64,000 nucleotides of DNA, taken from Fuerstiella sp. Its GTDB lineage: Bacteria; Planctomycetota; Planctomycetia; Planctomycetales; Planctomycetaceae. Positions within the stretch are counted from its first letter, which is position 1. Each line of letters begins with the position of its first letter. Position numbers and translations under genes: made by a program. The stretch spans positions 261,365 to 325,364 of the forward strand of contig JAQWOH010000043.1 of NCBI GenBank assembly GCA_029245955.1, read 5' to 3'. This document shows, piece by piece, positions 38,557 through 47,412 of the stretch. The notes under the pieces were generated by a model. The model searched no databases. It worked only from the letters and a program-made list of their open reading frames with translations, and had not been told where the DNA came from.

Positions 38557-40152
38557 TCAGGTAACGCTTGCCAGGGGCATGGCGTAGGACAATAGAATTG
38601 TCATCAACAGACTGACACAGCCGAGGACCAATAACAGCGGTGTCCATGTCTTCAACGCTTCGGTTTCACTCAGACCGCTCATCTTTGCAACAATCCAGAA
38701 ACCGCTGTCATTCATCCATGAGCCGATCAGTGAACCGGCCCCTATCGCCGTGCAGATGTAAACAAGATTGAAACCAAGCTGCTCCGGAGTGAGGTTCATT
38801 GCAGCTACCATCGCAGAAACAGTGATCATGGCCGTGGTGCTGGATCCCTGCGCCACCTTAAGTAGCGCGGCCATACCGAAGGCCAGAAATATCGAAACCA
38901 GTCCAACCGCCTGGCCGCCCTCAAACATCGTCTGAATGTCGCCGGCAATTCCGGTCAGTTTCAGCATAGATCCGAATGCCCCGCCTGCTGCGGTGATCAG
39001 AATCACCAGCCCGCCACTCAGCAGGGCCGTTTCCAGAGCCTGCGAAAACTCCCTGCCTTCCGGTCTCCGAAGCCGCACCCACGTGATCAGCGACAATGTC
39101 ATGGAAATCGCCAGGGCCAGGGCAGCATTTCCCAAAACGGTCGTAATGCGTTTCAACCGGTTAAAGAGATTTGGCACAACAGCAGCAGCGTTTTTGACTT
39201 CTGTCTTCTGGCCGACCTCCTCTGTCTCAAGGACCAGTTCCGCGGTGTCCCCGATTTTCGGCCCTTTTTCGAAAACGTTCGGCGAAACGGTGAACTGTCC
39301 GAATTTCTTGTGCCGAACGTGAACGATGTCACCCTCAACCCATTCCACACTGACAACCTCACCTTTTTCCCGGAGTGTGTCCACGACGGTGTCTCCTGAG
39401 ATCAGAATCACCGGAAGAATCACGGGCAGCAGTGCTTCCCACAGCGGAACAGTTGGGCCCGCTGCTGCAGCAGATTCCGGCGGGGAGGCTGCCTCAGCTT
39501 CCGGCTGCTGCAGCGATTCAATGGTCACGCGTTTGTCCAGAAATCTGGAAAAGAAAATCCCCGCGACGGCGGCCGGCAACGCGACAATCCCGCCCACGAC
39601 AATCATCAGGCCGACCGGAACATCGAGGGTCAGGGCCATAGCCAGCGGTCCTGGGGTTGGCGGCACCAGCGTGTGCGTGATCGCGCCACCAGCAGAAATG
39701 GCAAGCACATATAACAGAAAATTCTTGTTTGTTTTTGCGTACAGCGAACGTGCCAGAGGCACCAGCAGGTAAAAGACGGTGTCAAAAAACACCGGCACCG
39801 ACAGCACAAACCCACTTCCCATCAACGCCCATGGCGCGCGTTTGACTCCCAGCACAGCAAGAAATGCCTGCACAATTCTGTCCGCTGCGCCACTCCGCAT
39901 CATCGCCTCACCGATGACTGCGGCGAAGCCGATCACCAGTCCTATTTTTCCGGCGGCGATCCCGAATTCGGCAGCCACACGAGGAACCTTGGACGACATA
40001 TCACCGGGCGCAAGGAAACTGACGGCAAGCGCAGCAGCTATCAAGGCGATGAACGCATTGATTCGCAGCTTAATGATCAGCACGAGGACAACCAGAATTC
40101 CAATCGCGACAATGATGTAAGATGGCATAAACGTCGTTTCCCCTAACTGCAT
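38557..40152 (-). CDS. GntP-family-like permease with an enlarged central soluble loop
   Basis: The N-terminus is IIVAIGILVVLVLIIKLRINAFIALIAAALAV. There are multiple TM helices in two halves. The C-terminal half contains GSSTTAMITVSAMVAAM and IGAGSLIGSWMNDSGFWIV. Candidate starts are TTG 40182 (track), ATG 40152 and ATG 40128; the last is preceded by GGGGA. Confidence 0.75.
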   Translation of the reverse strand: MQLGETTFMPSYIIVAIGILVVLVLIIKLRINAFIALIAAALAVSFLAPGDMSSKVPRVAAEFGIAAGKIGLVIGFAAVIGEAMMRSGAADRIVQAFLAVLGVKRAPWALMGSGFVLSVPVFFDTVFYLLVPLARSLYAKTNKNFLLYVLAISAGGAITHTLVPPTPGPLAMALTLDVPVGLMIVVGGIVALPAAVAGIFFSRFLDKRVTIESLQQPEAEAASPPESAAAAGPTVPLWEALLPVILPVILISGDTVVDTLREKGEVVSVEWVEGDIVHVRHKKFGQFTVSPNVFEKGPKIGDTAELVLETEEVGQKTEVKNAAAVVPNLFNRLKRITTVLGNAALALAISMTLSLITWVRLRRPEGREFSQALETALLSGGLVILITAAGGAFGSMLKLTGIAGDIQTMFEGGQAVGLVSIFLAFGMAALLKVAQGSSTTAMITVSAMVAAMNLTPEQLGFNLVYICTAIGAGSLIGSWMNDSGFWIVAKMSGLSETEALKTWTPLLLVLGCVSLLMTILLSYAMPLASVT

Positions 40153-40212
40153 AACCGATGGTGATGAAGGTTGCCCGACCAATCCACAGGCCGCCCCTGC
40201 TGGAACATGTTG

Positions 40213-41751
40213 TTACCGTGCGTACTCGATCGTACGAGTCTCTCGCAGGACGGACACCTTGATTTCCCCGGGATAGGTCAGTGATTCTTCAATCGCGTTG
40301 GCAATGTCACGTGACATTTTTTTGGCCTGACGATCATTGATCTGCTGTGAATTCACGATAATCCGAATCTCCCGACCGGCCTGCACGGCGAATGCCTGTT
40401 CGACGCCTGGAAATCCACAAGCGAGACCTTCCAGTTCTTCCAGACGCCGCACATACTTCTCAAGTGTTTCGCGGCGAGCCCCCGGTCGGGCTGCAGAGAT
40501 GGCGTCGGCCGCTGCTACCAGGACTGTGTAAATATGCTCCGGTCGGATATCATCGTGGTGCCCGGCCGCGGCATGAATGACCTCTTCGCACTCACCGTAC
40601 CGCTTCAGCAGCTCCGCGCCCACAGCGGGATGTCCCCCCTCCATTTCGTGGTCAGCGGCCTTTCCGACGTCATGCAGAAACCCGCAGCGTCGCCCCAGCG
40701 TGGCATCCAGACCAAGCTGTTCGGCAAGTAACCCTGTCAGATGTGCGACCTCAACCGAGTGCTGCCGAACGTTCTGGCTGTAGCTGACTCGAAAATGCAG
40801 CCGCCCCATCAGGTGAATAACCTTTTCGTGCAGTCCGCGAACTCCCGCCTCTTCACAAGCCTCGATTCCGAGCTTGCGAATGTGTTCATCCATTTCCTTC
40901 TGAGTTTCGGCGACGACCTCTTCGATGCGAGTAGGATGGATGCGTCCGTCCTGAATCAACTTAGCCAGTGACAGCTTACCGATCTCCCGACGCACACTGT
41001 CAAAGGCAGAGATAATGACCACGCCTGGTGTGTCGTCCACGATAACATCAACACCCGTTTCCTTCTCAAATGCACGGATATTGCGTCCTTCGCGACCGAT
41101 GATCCGCCCCTTCATTTCGTCGCTGGGAATCCCGACGGTGGACACCGCGATCTCTGACGTATGGGCAGAAGCATAGCGTTGTACGGCCATGCCAATGATT
41201 TCCCGGGCCTGCCGATCGCATTCGGTCTTCACGTCGGATTCATGCTTCATGATCAGCGCGCCGACTTCGTCGCTGAGTTCGGTTTCCAGACGTTTCAGAA
41301 GCAGGTCCTTGGCAGCGTCGCGGTTAAGTTCACTAATCTTGTACAGCTGCTCCTGTTCGTCTTTCAGCAGCCGATTCAGCTCGTTCTGCCTGGCTTCCAT
41401 GGCCTTGGAACGATCGCTGAGTTTCTGCTGCGTCACCTGCAGCATCTTCTCTTTCTTCGCAAAATCGTTGGTCAACTCCTTAAGCTGACCGTCACGTTTG
41501 TCGATTTTCCGCTCACGTTCCCGCAACCCTTCACGAGATTCCTCAAGCTTCTGCTCAAGCTTTTCGCGCCGCTTGAGCATCTCTTCTTTAAGTGCAATTT
41601 CCTGGTCGCGAACCTGATTTTCAGCTTCGCGCTGAGCCTGCTTAATGATTTCGTCGCCTGTTCGGTAAGCGCGTCCCTTGATGATTCGGTCTGCAAAAAA
41701 ACCGATCACCAGACACACGCCGCCCGCGACCGCAGGAATGGCATAATCCAT
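40213..41751 (-). CDS. rny: Ribonuclease Y
   Basis: An N-terminal TM is followed by an E/K-rich coiled coil. The KH domain is [28 protein letters not shown]. The HD domain is [17 protein letters not shown]...GFLHDVGKA. Length is 512 aa. Confidence 0.92.
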   Translation of the reverse strand: MDYAIPAVAGGVCLVIGFFADRIIKGRAYRTGDEIIKQAQREAENQVRDQEIALKEEMLKRREKLEQKLEESREGLRERERKIDKRDGQLKELTNDFAKKEKMLQVTQQKLSDRSKAMEARQNELNRLLKDEQEQLYKISELNRDAAKDLLLKRLETELSDEVGALIMKHESDVKTECDRQAREIIGMAVQRYASAHTSEIAVSTVGIPSDEMKGRIIGREGRNIRAFEKETGVDVIVDDTPGVVIISAFDSVRREIGKLSLAKLIQDGRIHPTRIEEVVAETQKEMDEHIRKLGIEACEEAGVRGLHEKVIHLMGRLHFRVSYSQNVRQHSVEVAHLTGLLAEQLGLDATLGRRCGFLHDVGKAADHEMEGGHPAVGAELLKRYGECEEVIHAAAGHHDDIRPEHIYTVLVAAADAISAARPGARRETLEKYVRRLEELEGLACGFPGVEQAFAVQAGREIRIIVNSQQINDRQAKKMSRDIANAIEESLTYPGEIKVSVLRETRTIEYAR

Positions 41752-42250
41752 GGAATCGTCCTATTTCAAATGGACGGTTCCTGCCGGCAATCACTGAATG
41801 ATTGCAAGTCTCAGAAGGACTGTCGCTGCCCTGAAGGGGACCAGGGTACGATGCGAAATGCGTCAGCTACAACACATCGAGTAAAACCATTCATCAGCAG
41901 CTGGTTGTCGTCGCTCGGTCCTCTGACGGCATGCGTGACGCAGGCAGTAAACAAGCCTGGGCACCAATTCGCGATTCCTGTGTCTGGTACGTGCTGTATC
42001 CGAAGTGTGTTAGTCACAGAACGGAAGCTATGGACGACAGGCTGTAACACCATCGACCATAAATTCAGAACCGGACAGACACTCGACAGCAAAAGACTAA
42101 GGAAAAGCAATGTGAGAAGTGAGAGTGACATTTAACAAAGAGAGGCAGAATGAAACAGGTTGCAAACTCAAGGTGACTGCTGAAAGAGCGAGTCTGTCTT
42201 TCTGAGGTTCGCGGCAGAATCCGAAGACCTTGATTCAATGTCCAGCCATT

Positions 42251-42278
42251 TTGACAGTAAAATATTGACTGTTAAGAT
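42251..42278 (+). promoter_or_regulatory. Candidate sigma70-type promoter facing tilS
   Basis: TTGACA (42251..42256), a 16-nt spacer, then TAAGAT (42273..42278). It would give a ~280-nt leader to tilS. This is a pattern match only. Confidence 0.25.
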
Positions 42279-42561
42279 GGCAACCGTGTCATGCTATCAA
42301 AGCAGCCGGACTGGTCAACCGGCATGGAGCATTCCGATGGTTCCCACTCACAACAATTGCGATTGATACAGATTCCATTGAAATCAAGCCAATTTCCGGT
42401 CCATTTCTTAACGGGATTCAATGGTAGATTGCGAGATGTGGCGTGCCATGGGAAAAGGACAGCGTTCCGACCTTTGACTGGGACCGGGGCGCTGTCGTTA
42501 GGGTCTCCGTCGTTGACTGATCGTCCGGAGTTGCACGCAACGTCTTCCGAAAAGCATCGCA

Positions 42562-43587
42562 GTGACAGAATCGAGATCACTTCCTGAGCAGATAAAGGAC
42601 GGCTACTGCGACGCGAACTGCCGTCCGGAAAACGGGTTGCTGCTGGCAGTATCGGGAGGTGCAGACAGCATCGCGCTGCTGCACGCGACCGTCGACATTT
42701 GGGCACAGTACAGCGATCGAATTGTTGTTGCTCATGTCAATCATGGGCTGAGACCTGAAAACAGCCATGATGACGCGGCGTTTGTAGGCGCAGTTGCCGA
42801 CGAAGCCGGGCTACCATTTGAACTGTTGACTATTCCAGGCGGCAGCCTGGAACAGGCAAGCGACGGATCACTGGAAGAGGTTGCTCGGGACAGACGCTAC
42901 GAATTCCTTGCCGAAACTGCCGCCAGGCGTGAGATGGCCGCAGTTGTGACAGCACACCACATGGACGATCAGGCGGAAACCGTTCTGCACAATATCATTC
43001 GCGGCACGGGACTGCGTGGATTGCGGGGCATGCAGCGAAGTCGACCTCTGGCAGTCGGTGCTCAGCTGGTGCGGCCAATGCTGAATTTGCGACGCTGTGA
43101 CATCGTTGAATATCTATCGGCGGCAGGTCTTGCGTTTCGCACAGACCACTCGAATCAGGACACCGACTTCACAAGAAATCGCATTCGGCAGCAATTGCTG
43201 CCGACACTGAAAAACGACTTTAACACCTCGGTGGATCGAAATCTTCTTTCACTGGCACAACAGGCCCAACAGACAATTCGCCTGATGGACTCGCTGGCCA
43301 AGAAGATTCTGTCTGAAGTTATTTGGGAACGGCAATCAGACGTCTGCCGCCTGGACCGAACGAAGCTGGCCACGTGGCCAGCCGACGTGGTGCGTCACGT
43401 CATGTCGGTGCTATGGATTCAACAGGGTTGGCCGCGGCAGAAGATGACGTTCCGACATTACGCAAGACTGGCGGAATTGACGTGCTCGCACGACGAAATC
43501 CGAGAAGCCTTTCCCGGAAACATCAGTGCCTGGTGTTCCGACGACATGGTACGACTGACGCGGAATGATGTCGCCGACAGAGCCTGA
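42562..43587 (+). CDS. tilS: tRNA(Ile)-lysidine synthetase
   Basis: The PP-loop is LLLAVSGGADSIALLH. Further matches are VAHVNHGLR, TAHHMDDQAETVLHNIIRGTG and TDHSNQD. Length is 341 aa. Confidence 0.88.
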   Translation: MTESRSLPEQIKDGYCDANCRPENGLLLAVSGGADSIALLHATVDIWAQYSDRIVVAHVNHGLRPENSHDDAAFVGAVADEAGLPFELLTIPGGSLEQASDGSLEEVARDRRYEFLAETAARREMAAVVTAHHMDDQAETVLHNIIRGTGLRGLRGMQRSRPLAVGAQLVRPMLNLRRCDIVEYLSAAGLAFRTDHSNQDTDFTRNRIRQQLLPTLKNDFNTSVDRNLLSLAQQAQQTIRLMDSLAKKILSEVIWERQSDVCRLDRTKLATWPADVVRHVMSVLWIQQGWPRQKMTFRHYARLAELTCSHDEIREAFPGNISAWCSDDMVRLTRNDVADRA

Positions 43588-43728
43588 CCGGTAAGAATGG
43601 TCGGCGGTTCGGCAGATCAGTTTTCGAGTCGTATGACAGCAGGAAATGCCAGACGAAAAAACGGGAGTGGCGACTGGGGCACCGCCCCCGTTATTTTGCC
43701 AGAGCATCACAACATCTGTGTCGCTCAC

Positions 43729-45360
43729 CTATCCTTCAGAAAACTCACCCGCTGCGACATCGGCAGCGACTGCATCATCGTCACTAATCGTAAGTACGCG
43801 ATATCCACCGGTGGCCTTGAAGTACAGCAGCAACAACAGGTAAATGCCGGCCATAGCCGCAGGAATCAGTGAGTCCGTTTTCAGTACGTGGCGATCGCCA
43901 CGAATATCAGCTGCAGCAACTGTCACCTGTGCGGGTGTCCGCAGATCCTTTTCAACTTCTTTCAGGTCGCCAAGTTTCGTCCCATCAAGGCCGGTCACTT
44001 CGTCGAATCCAAGAAACTTACTGGGCTTATCGGACTTGTATTCTTCGTATAGTGCCTCATCGACTTTTGTGAGTTCTTCACCCGCATAACGGTCCTTGAA
44101 ATACCCCAGGCCAGGTGAGCCAATCAGACCGGCGGACATCATGCCGATGCCGCCCATGATGCTGATGGCGACAGCACCAGTCCGGGGAAATCGGTCCGAG
44201 GCGACGGCCAGCATCGTGGGCCAGAAGAACGTCTTTCCGATCGCGTAAACGGACAACGCTGCCATCGCACCACCAAATGCGGTAATACCACTGGTCAGAT
44301 TCAGTCCAATGCACCCCAGAATAGCACAGATGAACAAAATGCCCATTGGCGATAGCTTCAGCGTCTTTTCAATCCAGTGTGCGCAAAAGCGGAGTGCAAA
44401 CATCACAGCCGACGTCCAGACAAACAGAATTTTTCCTTCGTTCGGACTGAGAATATTGCCAGTAATATTCTGTGCCCATTGGTCAGTGCCAAGTTCGACA
44501 GCTCCAACCAGAGCATGGACACCGAACAGAACAAACAACAACCAGTGGCCAACCGCACATTTAGTTATCACTCCAATTCCAATCAGCAGGGCCAGCCCAG
44601 CGCCGTATGCCCACAGGTCCGCGAACCCAAGTGTTTCCTGGCAGAACAAGGTCACGAAATAGCTGATAACGGCACCGCCAAGGATACCAACGTCCTGTAG
44701 CATTTCGCCCAGCGAAAGACCTTTTTCCGAGGCTTCCGACCGCGGAAACTTCTGGCCCATGAACATGACGCCGTATGCAACCGTGGGAATCAGATAAAGT
44801 GCCAGCTGAGGTTTCCATCCCCAGTTTTCCCCAAGCAGCCAGCCGGCAATACCGCCGGCGACGAGGCCGGCCGGCCAGCTCGCGTGAAGAATATTCAGAT
44901 AGTGTGTTCGATTGTTCGGAAACAGAGTCGCAACAAGTGGATTCGCCACGGCCTCAAGAAGTCCGTTTGCGAGTGCGAAAACAAACATGCCCCAGAACAG
45001 GAAGTCATAAGCATTTTCAGGATTCGTGGCTCCGAACGTAACCAAGGCAGAAAGAACGTGACAGAGGAAGGCTGCCACAACCAGTTTACCATATCCGATT
45101 TTGTCGACGATCACGCCGCCAATAATGATACCAAAGCAAAACCCCGTGAACCCCGCCCCGCCAATCGCGCCAAGTTGCGCTGACGTGAATCCATAGTCAG
45201 CCTGCCAGTTTGCGAAAATCCCGCCGCGAATGGCAAAACCGACGCCAGCCGCAAAGATCGCCCAGAAGCCTGCCCACAGTAATCGCATCGCATTCGGTGC
45301 CACACCGGGGGTCCCTGAACTGTCCTCTGGCGTCGGGTCCGTAGTCTGGTCATCACTCAT
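43729..45360 (-). CDS. MFS transporter (FHS/sugar-permease-like) with C-terminal extension
   Basis: AGGAGG lies 8 nt upstream of ATG 45360. About 12 hydrophobic helices are present. The MFS loop-like motif is [12 protein letters not shown]. An extra ~110-aa tail carries a terminal TM ([14 protein letters not shown]). Confidence 0.85.
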   Translation of the reverse strand: MSDDQTTDPTPEDSSGTPGVAPNAMRLLWAGFWAIFAAGVGFAIRGGIFANWQADYGFTSAQLGAIGGAGFTGFCFGIIIGGVIVDKIGYGKLVVAAFLCHVLSALVTFGATNPENAYDFLFWGMFVFALANGLLEAVANPLVATLFPNNRTHYLNILHASWPAGLVAGGIAGWLLGENWGWKPQLALYLIPTVAYGVMFMGQKFPRSEASEKGLSLGEMLQDVGILGGAVISYFVTLFCQETLGFADLWAYGAGLALLIGIGVITKCAVGHWLLFVLFGVHALVGAVELGTDQWAQNITGNILSPNEGKILFVWTSAVMFALRFCAHWIEKTLKLSPMGILFICAILGCIGLNLTSGITAFGGAMAALSVYAIGKTFFWPTMLAVASDRFPRTGAVAISIMGGIGMMSAGLIGSPGLGYFKDRYAGEELTKVDEALYEEYKSDKPSKFLGFDEVTGLDGTKLGDLKEVEKDLRTPAQVTVAAADIRGDRHVLKTDSLIPAAMAGIYLLLLLYFKATGGYRVLTISDDDAVAADVAAGEFSEG

Positions 45361-45800
45361 TCAAAATGCCTCCTGTGTTGGTCACCTGATCGTTCAGGGA
45401 GATTCGAAACAGTATAAACGAAGAACGCCTGAACTGTTTGGAGGTCCAGTAGCGAGTCATTCGAGTGGCAAGTCTAGTCAGGGCATTGCCCTGTTTCCAC
45501 TTGGCTGGTACCTGGACGTGAACAATTCGAAACGATGGCGTCGAGACACCGCCGCTTTTCTGAAAACAGCCCTGAATTGGCGATTTTTCTGGGAATATCC
45601 ACCAATGCGGCGACCTGCTACAAGGGAAACCCCGTCGCCCTGAGCTCGCCATGCGATCAGTGCGCAATCAATAAAGTGAGCCACCGGGCGTTATCGAGCA
45701 CTACCTGCAGCCGAGCATCTGAACAGCCAGAATCCCCTTCAGCGGCGAAAATTCGCTGGTGCAGGGCCTGTGTACAGACGGCCGATTCGTGCGCTCTGCC

Positions 45801-46328
45801 TCAACCTTCCAGTTTACGCAGCACCTTCAGCAGCTCGTCGGCCGTGGCTCGATCTCTGAGCGTGCCATCGATGATCGCCTGCACGTTGCCCTTGCGGTCA
45901 ATGACAAAGTTGTCGAATGTCATTCTCTTTGTGCTGTACGCTTTGGTCGATTTCTTATCCAGATCAAAGGTCAGCGTGAATCCGGTCTTTGTCCTGTCCT
46001 TGATCTTCCTCAATCCATCCACGCCGGACTTCTCTTCACGAAACACGAATATCATTTCGGTGTGCAATGTCTTGAAATCGTCGGCCTGTTTTTGCAGCTG
46101 AACCAGCTGCCTCATGCAGTGAGGTCACCAGTTCGCCCGACTGAACATCAAGGCGATGTTCCTGTCGCCGGCCTTCAACTTGTCAGACAGTTTGAACGTC
46201 TTGCCATCGATCCCGGTCACAGTGAAGTCCGGTGCAGGCTGTCCGATCTTTACGATCGCAGGCTCGTCCGCAAGTACGGTTGTGGCAAATCCAATCGCGG
46301 TGAATGCGAGTACGCTTCTGGCGAACAT
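45801..46328 (-). CDS. Secreted thioredoxin-fold (TlpA/ResA/AhpC-TSA-like) protein with in-frame TGA at the first redox Cys: probable selenoprotein (U-P-H-C)
   Basis: Track ORFs 46125..46328 and 45801..46115 are in the same frame. They are separated only by TGA-CCT-CAC-TGC. Joined, they read ...GQPAPDFTVTGIDGKTFKLSDKLKAGDRNIALMFSRANW-[TGA]-PHC-MRQLVQLQKQADDF...FVIDRKGNV..., a complete redoxin fold. The signal peptide is MFARSVLAFTAIGFATTVLA. Confidence 0.75.
46094..46110 (-). promoter_or_regulatory. Candidate bacterial SECIS hairpin
   Basis: The mRNA forms GCAGCUG-GUU-CAGCUGC, a perfect 7-bp stem starting 14 nt after the UGA at 46125..46127. The apical loop contains G/U about 21 nt from the UGA. 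Confidence 0.5.
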
Positions 46329-46390
46329 CTGTCAGAGCCTTCCTGTGAACACGGAGAGTTGAAATATCCCGAGACATTCTATGAATGTAT

Positions 46391-46420
46391 TTGGGCTGCA
46401 GACAGTTGGGCTGCAGACAG
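46391..46420. repeat. Perfect 15-bp tandem direct repeat (x2)
   Basis: TTGGGCTGCAGACAG TTGGGCTGCAGACAG, read directly. It is intergenic, 63 nt upstream of the redoxin start codon. Each unit contains the palindrome CTGCAG. Confidence 0.9.
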
Positions 46421-46540
46421 TCAGCGAAACCACAAAACCCGTGGGAAACATGCCGGAATCGCTGCAAGGTCCCTCGCATTCACGACGTCGATCGACCTGG
46501 ACGAAGGCGAATGTCCGGCACGGCCAGGCATTGCTGCTGC

Positions 46541-47230
46541 TTACGCCGCCTTGCGTTCATTTTTTCCGGCCACGTTTCTCAGACGGTATTCGATAGCATT
46601 ACCCTGCTTGCCGCACGCCTCAATGAATTCCATCTTTCTGAAACAGTAGGCCGCTTTCTGCGCCAGCCAGCGTGGCATGTGGCCCTGTTCCGCGATCTGC
46701 GCTGTTGTGAACGTATCCGGCACTGCCATCTGCAGGGTCGTCCAGAGCTCGTCAGGTGTTCTGAACGAATGTGATTCGTTAACGCTGACGAGCGTGCGAT
46801 CCTGAACGCTGAACTTTCTTCGCCACGTGCGTTTCCGGGGTGGAACGCGAATCTCTTCCTGTTCAGTCAGCAGGACGTCCAGCTGCAGATTGGGGTGTGG
46901 AAATGCCTGCGTAAAATGCACCAACTCCAGAAAGACATCCGCCAGCGTCTGGTGAGCCGGACTGTATCGACGGCTCTGAACTTTGCCATTTCGGCGAACT
47001 TTCTTCAGCAGCTTTTTCTTTGCCGCCAGCGGTTTAACAACGACAACCTGATGGTGCTTCGTCAGTTTGCGGATCTTGTCACGAATCGCCAGCAGTGAGG
47101 CACATTGGATCTCAATCAACCGCTCCCGCTCGTCAATGGCATCAATACGAAAACCATCGACTTCGACTTCGTGTCGGTGTACGTCTGCCACATAGTGCAG
47201 TTTCAGTTGTTGGTGAAGCGACGTGGCCAT
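46541..47230 (-). CDS. Putative PD-(D/E)XK nuclease-fold protein (CoiA-like H...D...E-x-Q motif)
   Basis: The N-terminus HQQLKLHYVADVHRHEVEVDGFRIDAIDERERLIEIQCASL resembles the CoiA-type nuclease core (H, D, EIQcS). The rest is basic (KKKLLKKVRRNGK). The family call is by eye only. Confidence 0.45.
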   Translation of the reverse strand: MATSLHQQLKLHYVADVHRHEVEVDGFRIDAIDERERLIEIQCASLLAIRDKIRKLTKHHQVVVVKPLAAKKKLLKKVRRNGKVQSRRYSPAHQTLADVFLELVHFTQAFPHPNLQLDVLLTEQEEIRVPPRKRTWRRKFSVQDRTLVSVNESHSFRTPDELWTTLQMAVPDTFTTAQIAEQGHMPRWLAQKAAYCFRKMEFIEACGKQGNAIEYRLRNVAGKNERKAA

Positions 47231-47412
47231 GTGTCGGCGGCAATGCAGGTATTTAAAGAGTCCGGGAAGAATGCGTCAGACCGTACTCGAAACAACGATC
47301 GGACGGACAGCCCAGATTCGATTTCAAGGCCCCGTCGCTTCGGTCAACAGTCGCCTCGCGCCGACAGTGCGGCGGATTGCCCCGCCGACTGCTGATGCAC
47401 GGCCGAACTGCA

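Noticed and set aside
41161-42135. 324-aa plus-strand ORF
   Set aside because: It is mostly antisense to the well-supported rny gene. Its product is low-complexity and Leu/Phe/Ser-rich with no motifs, which is a typical shadow ORF.
41752-42561. RNase P RNA, tmRNA or SRP RNA in the long rny-tilS gap
   Set aside because: On either strand I could not find the conserved cores: GAGGAAAGUCC / ACAGAAnnCGGCUUA for RNase P, a tRNA-like GGUUCGAnUCC...CCA end for tmRNA, or GGUCCGGAAGGAAGCAGCC for SRP.
45361-45800. Riboswitch or CDS in the 440-bp MFS leader region
   Set aside because: I found only short palindromes (CAGGGCA-T-TGCCCTG at ~45480; GGCGAC...GTCGCC at ~45610-45640) and no recognisable riboswitch core. 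The overlapping ORFs have implausible composition.
45759-46649. 296-aa plus-strand ORF spanning the redoxin locus
   Set aside because: It is antisense to the thioredoxin-fold gene, whose two halves join into a complete fold. The product is Arg/Cys-rich with no motif.
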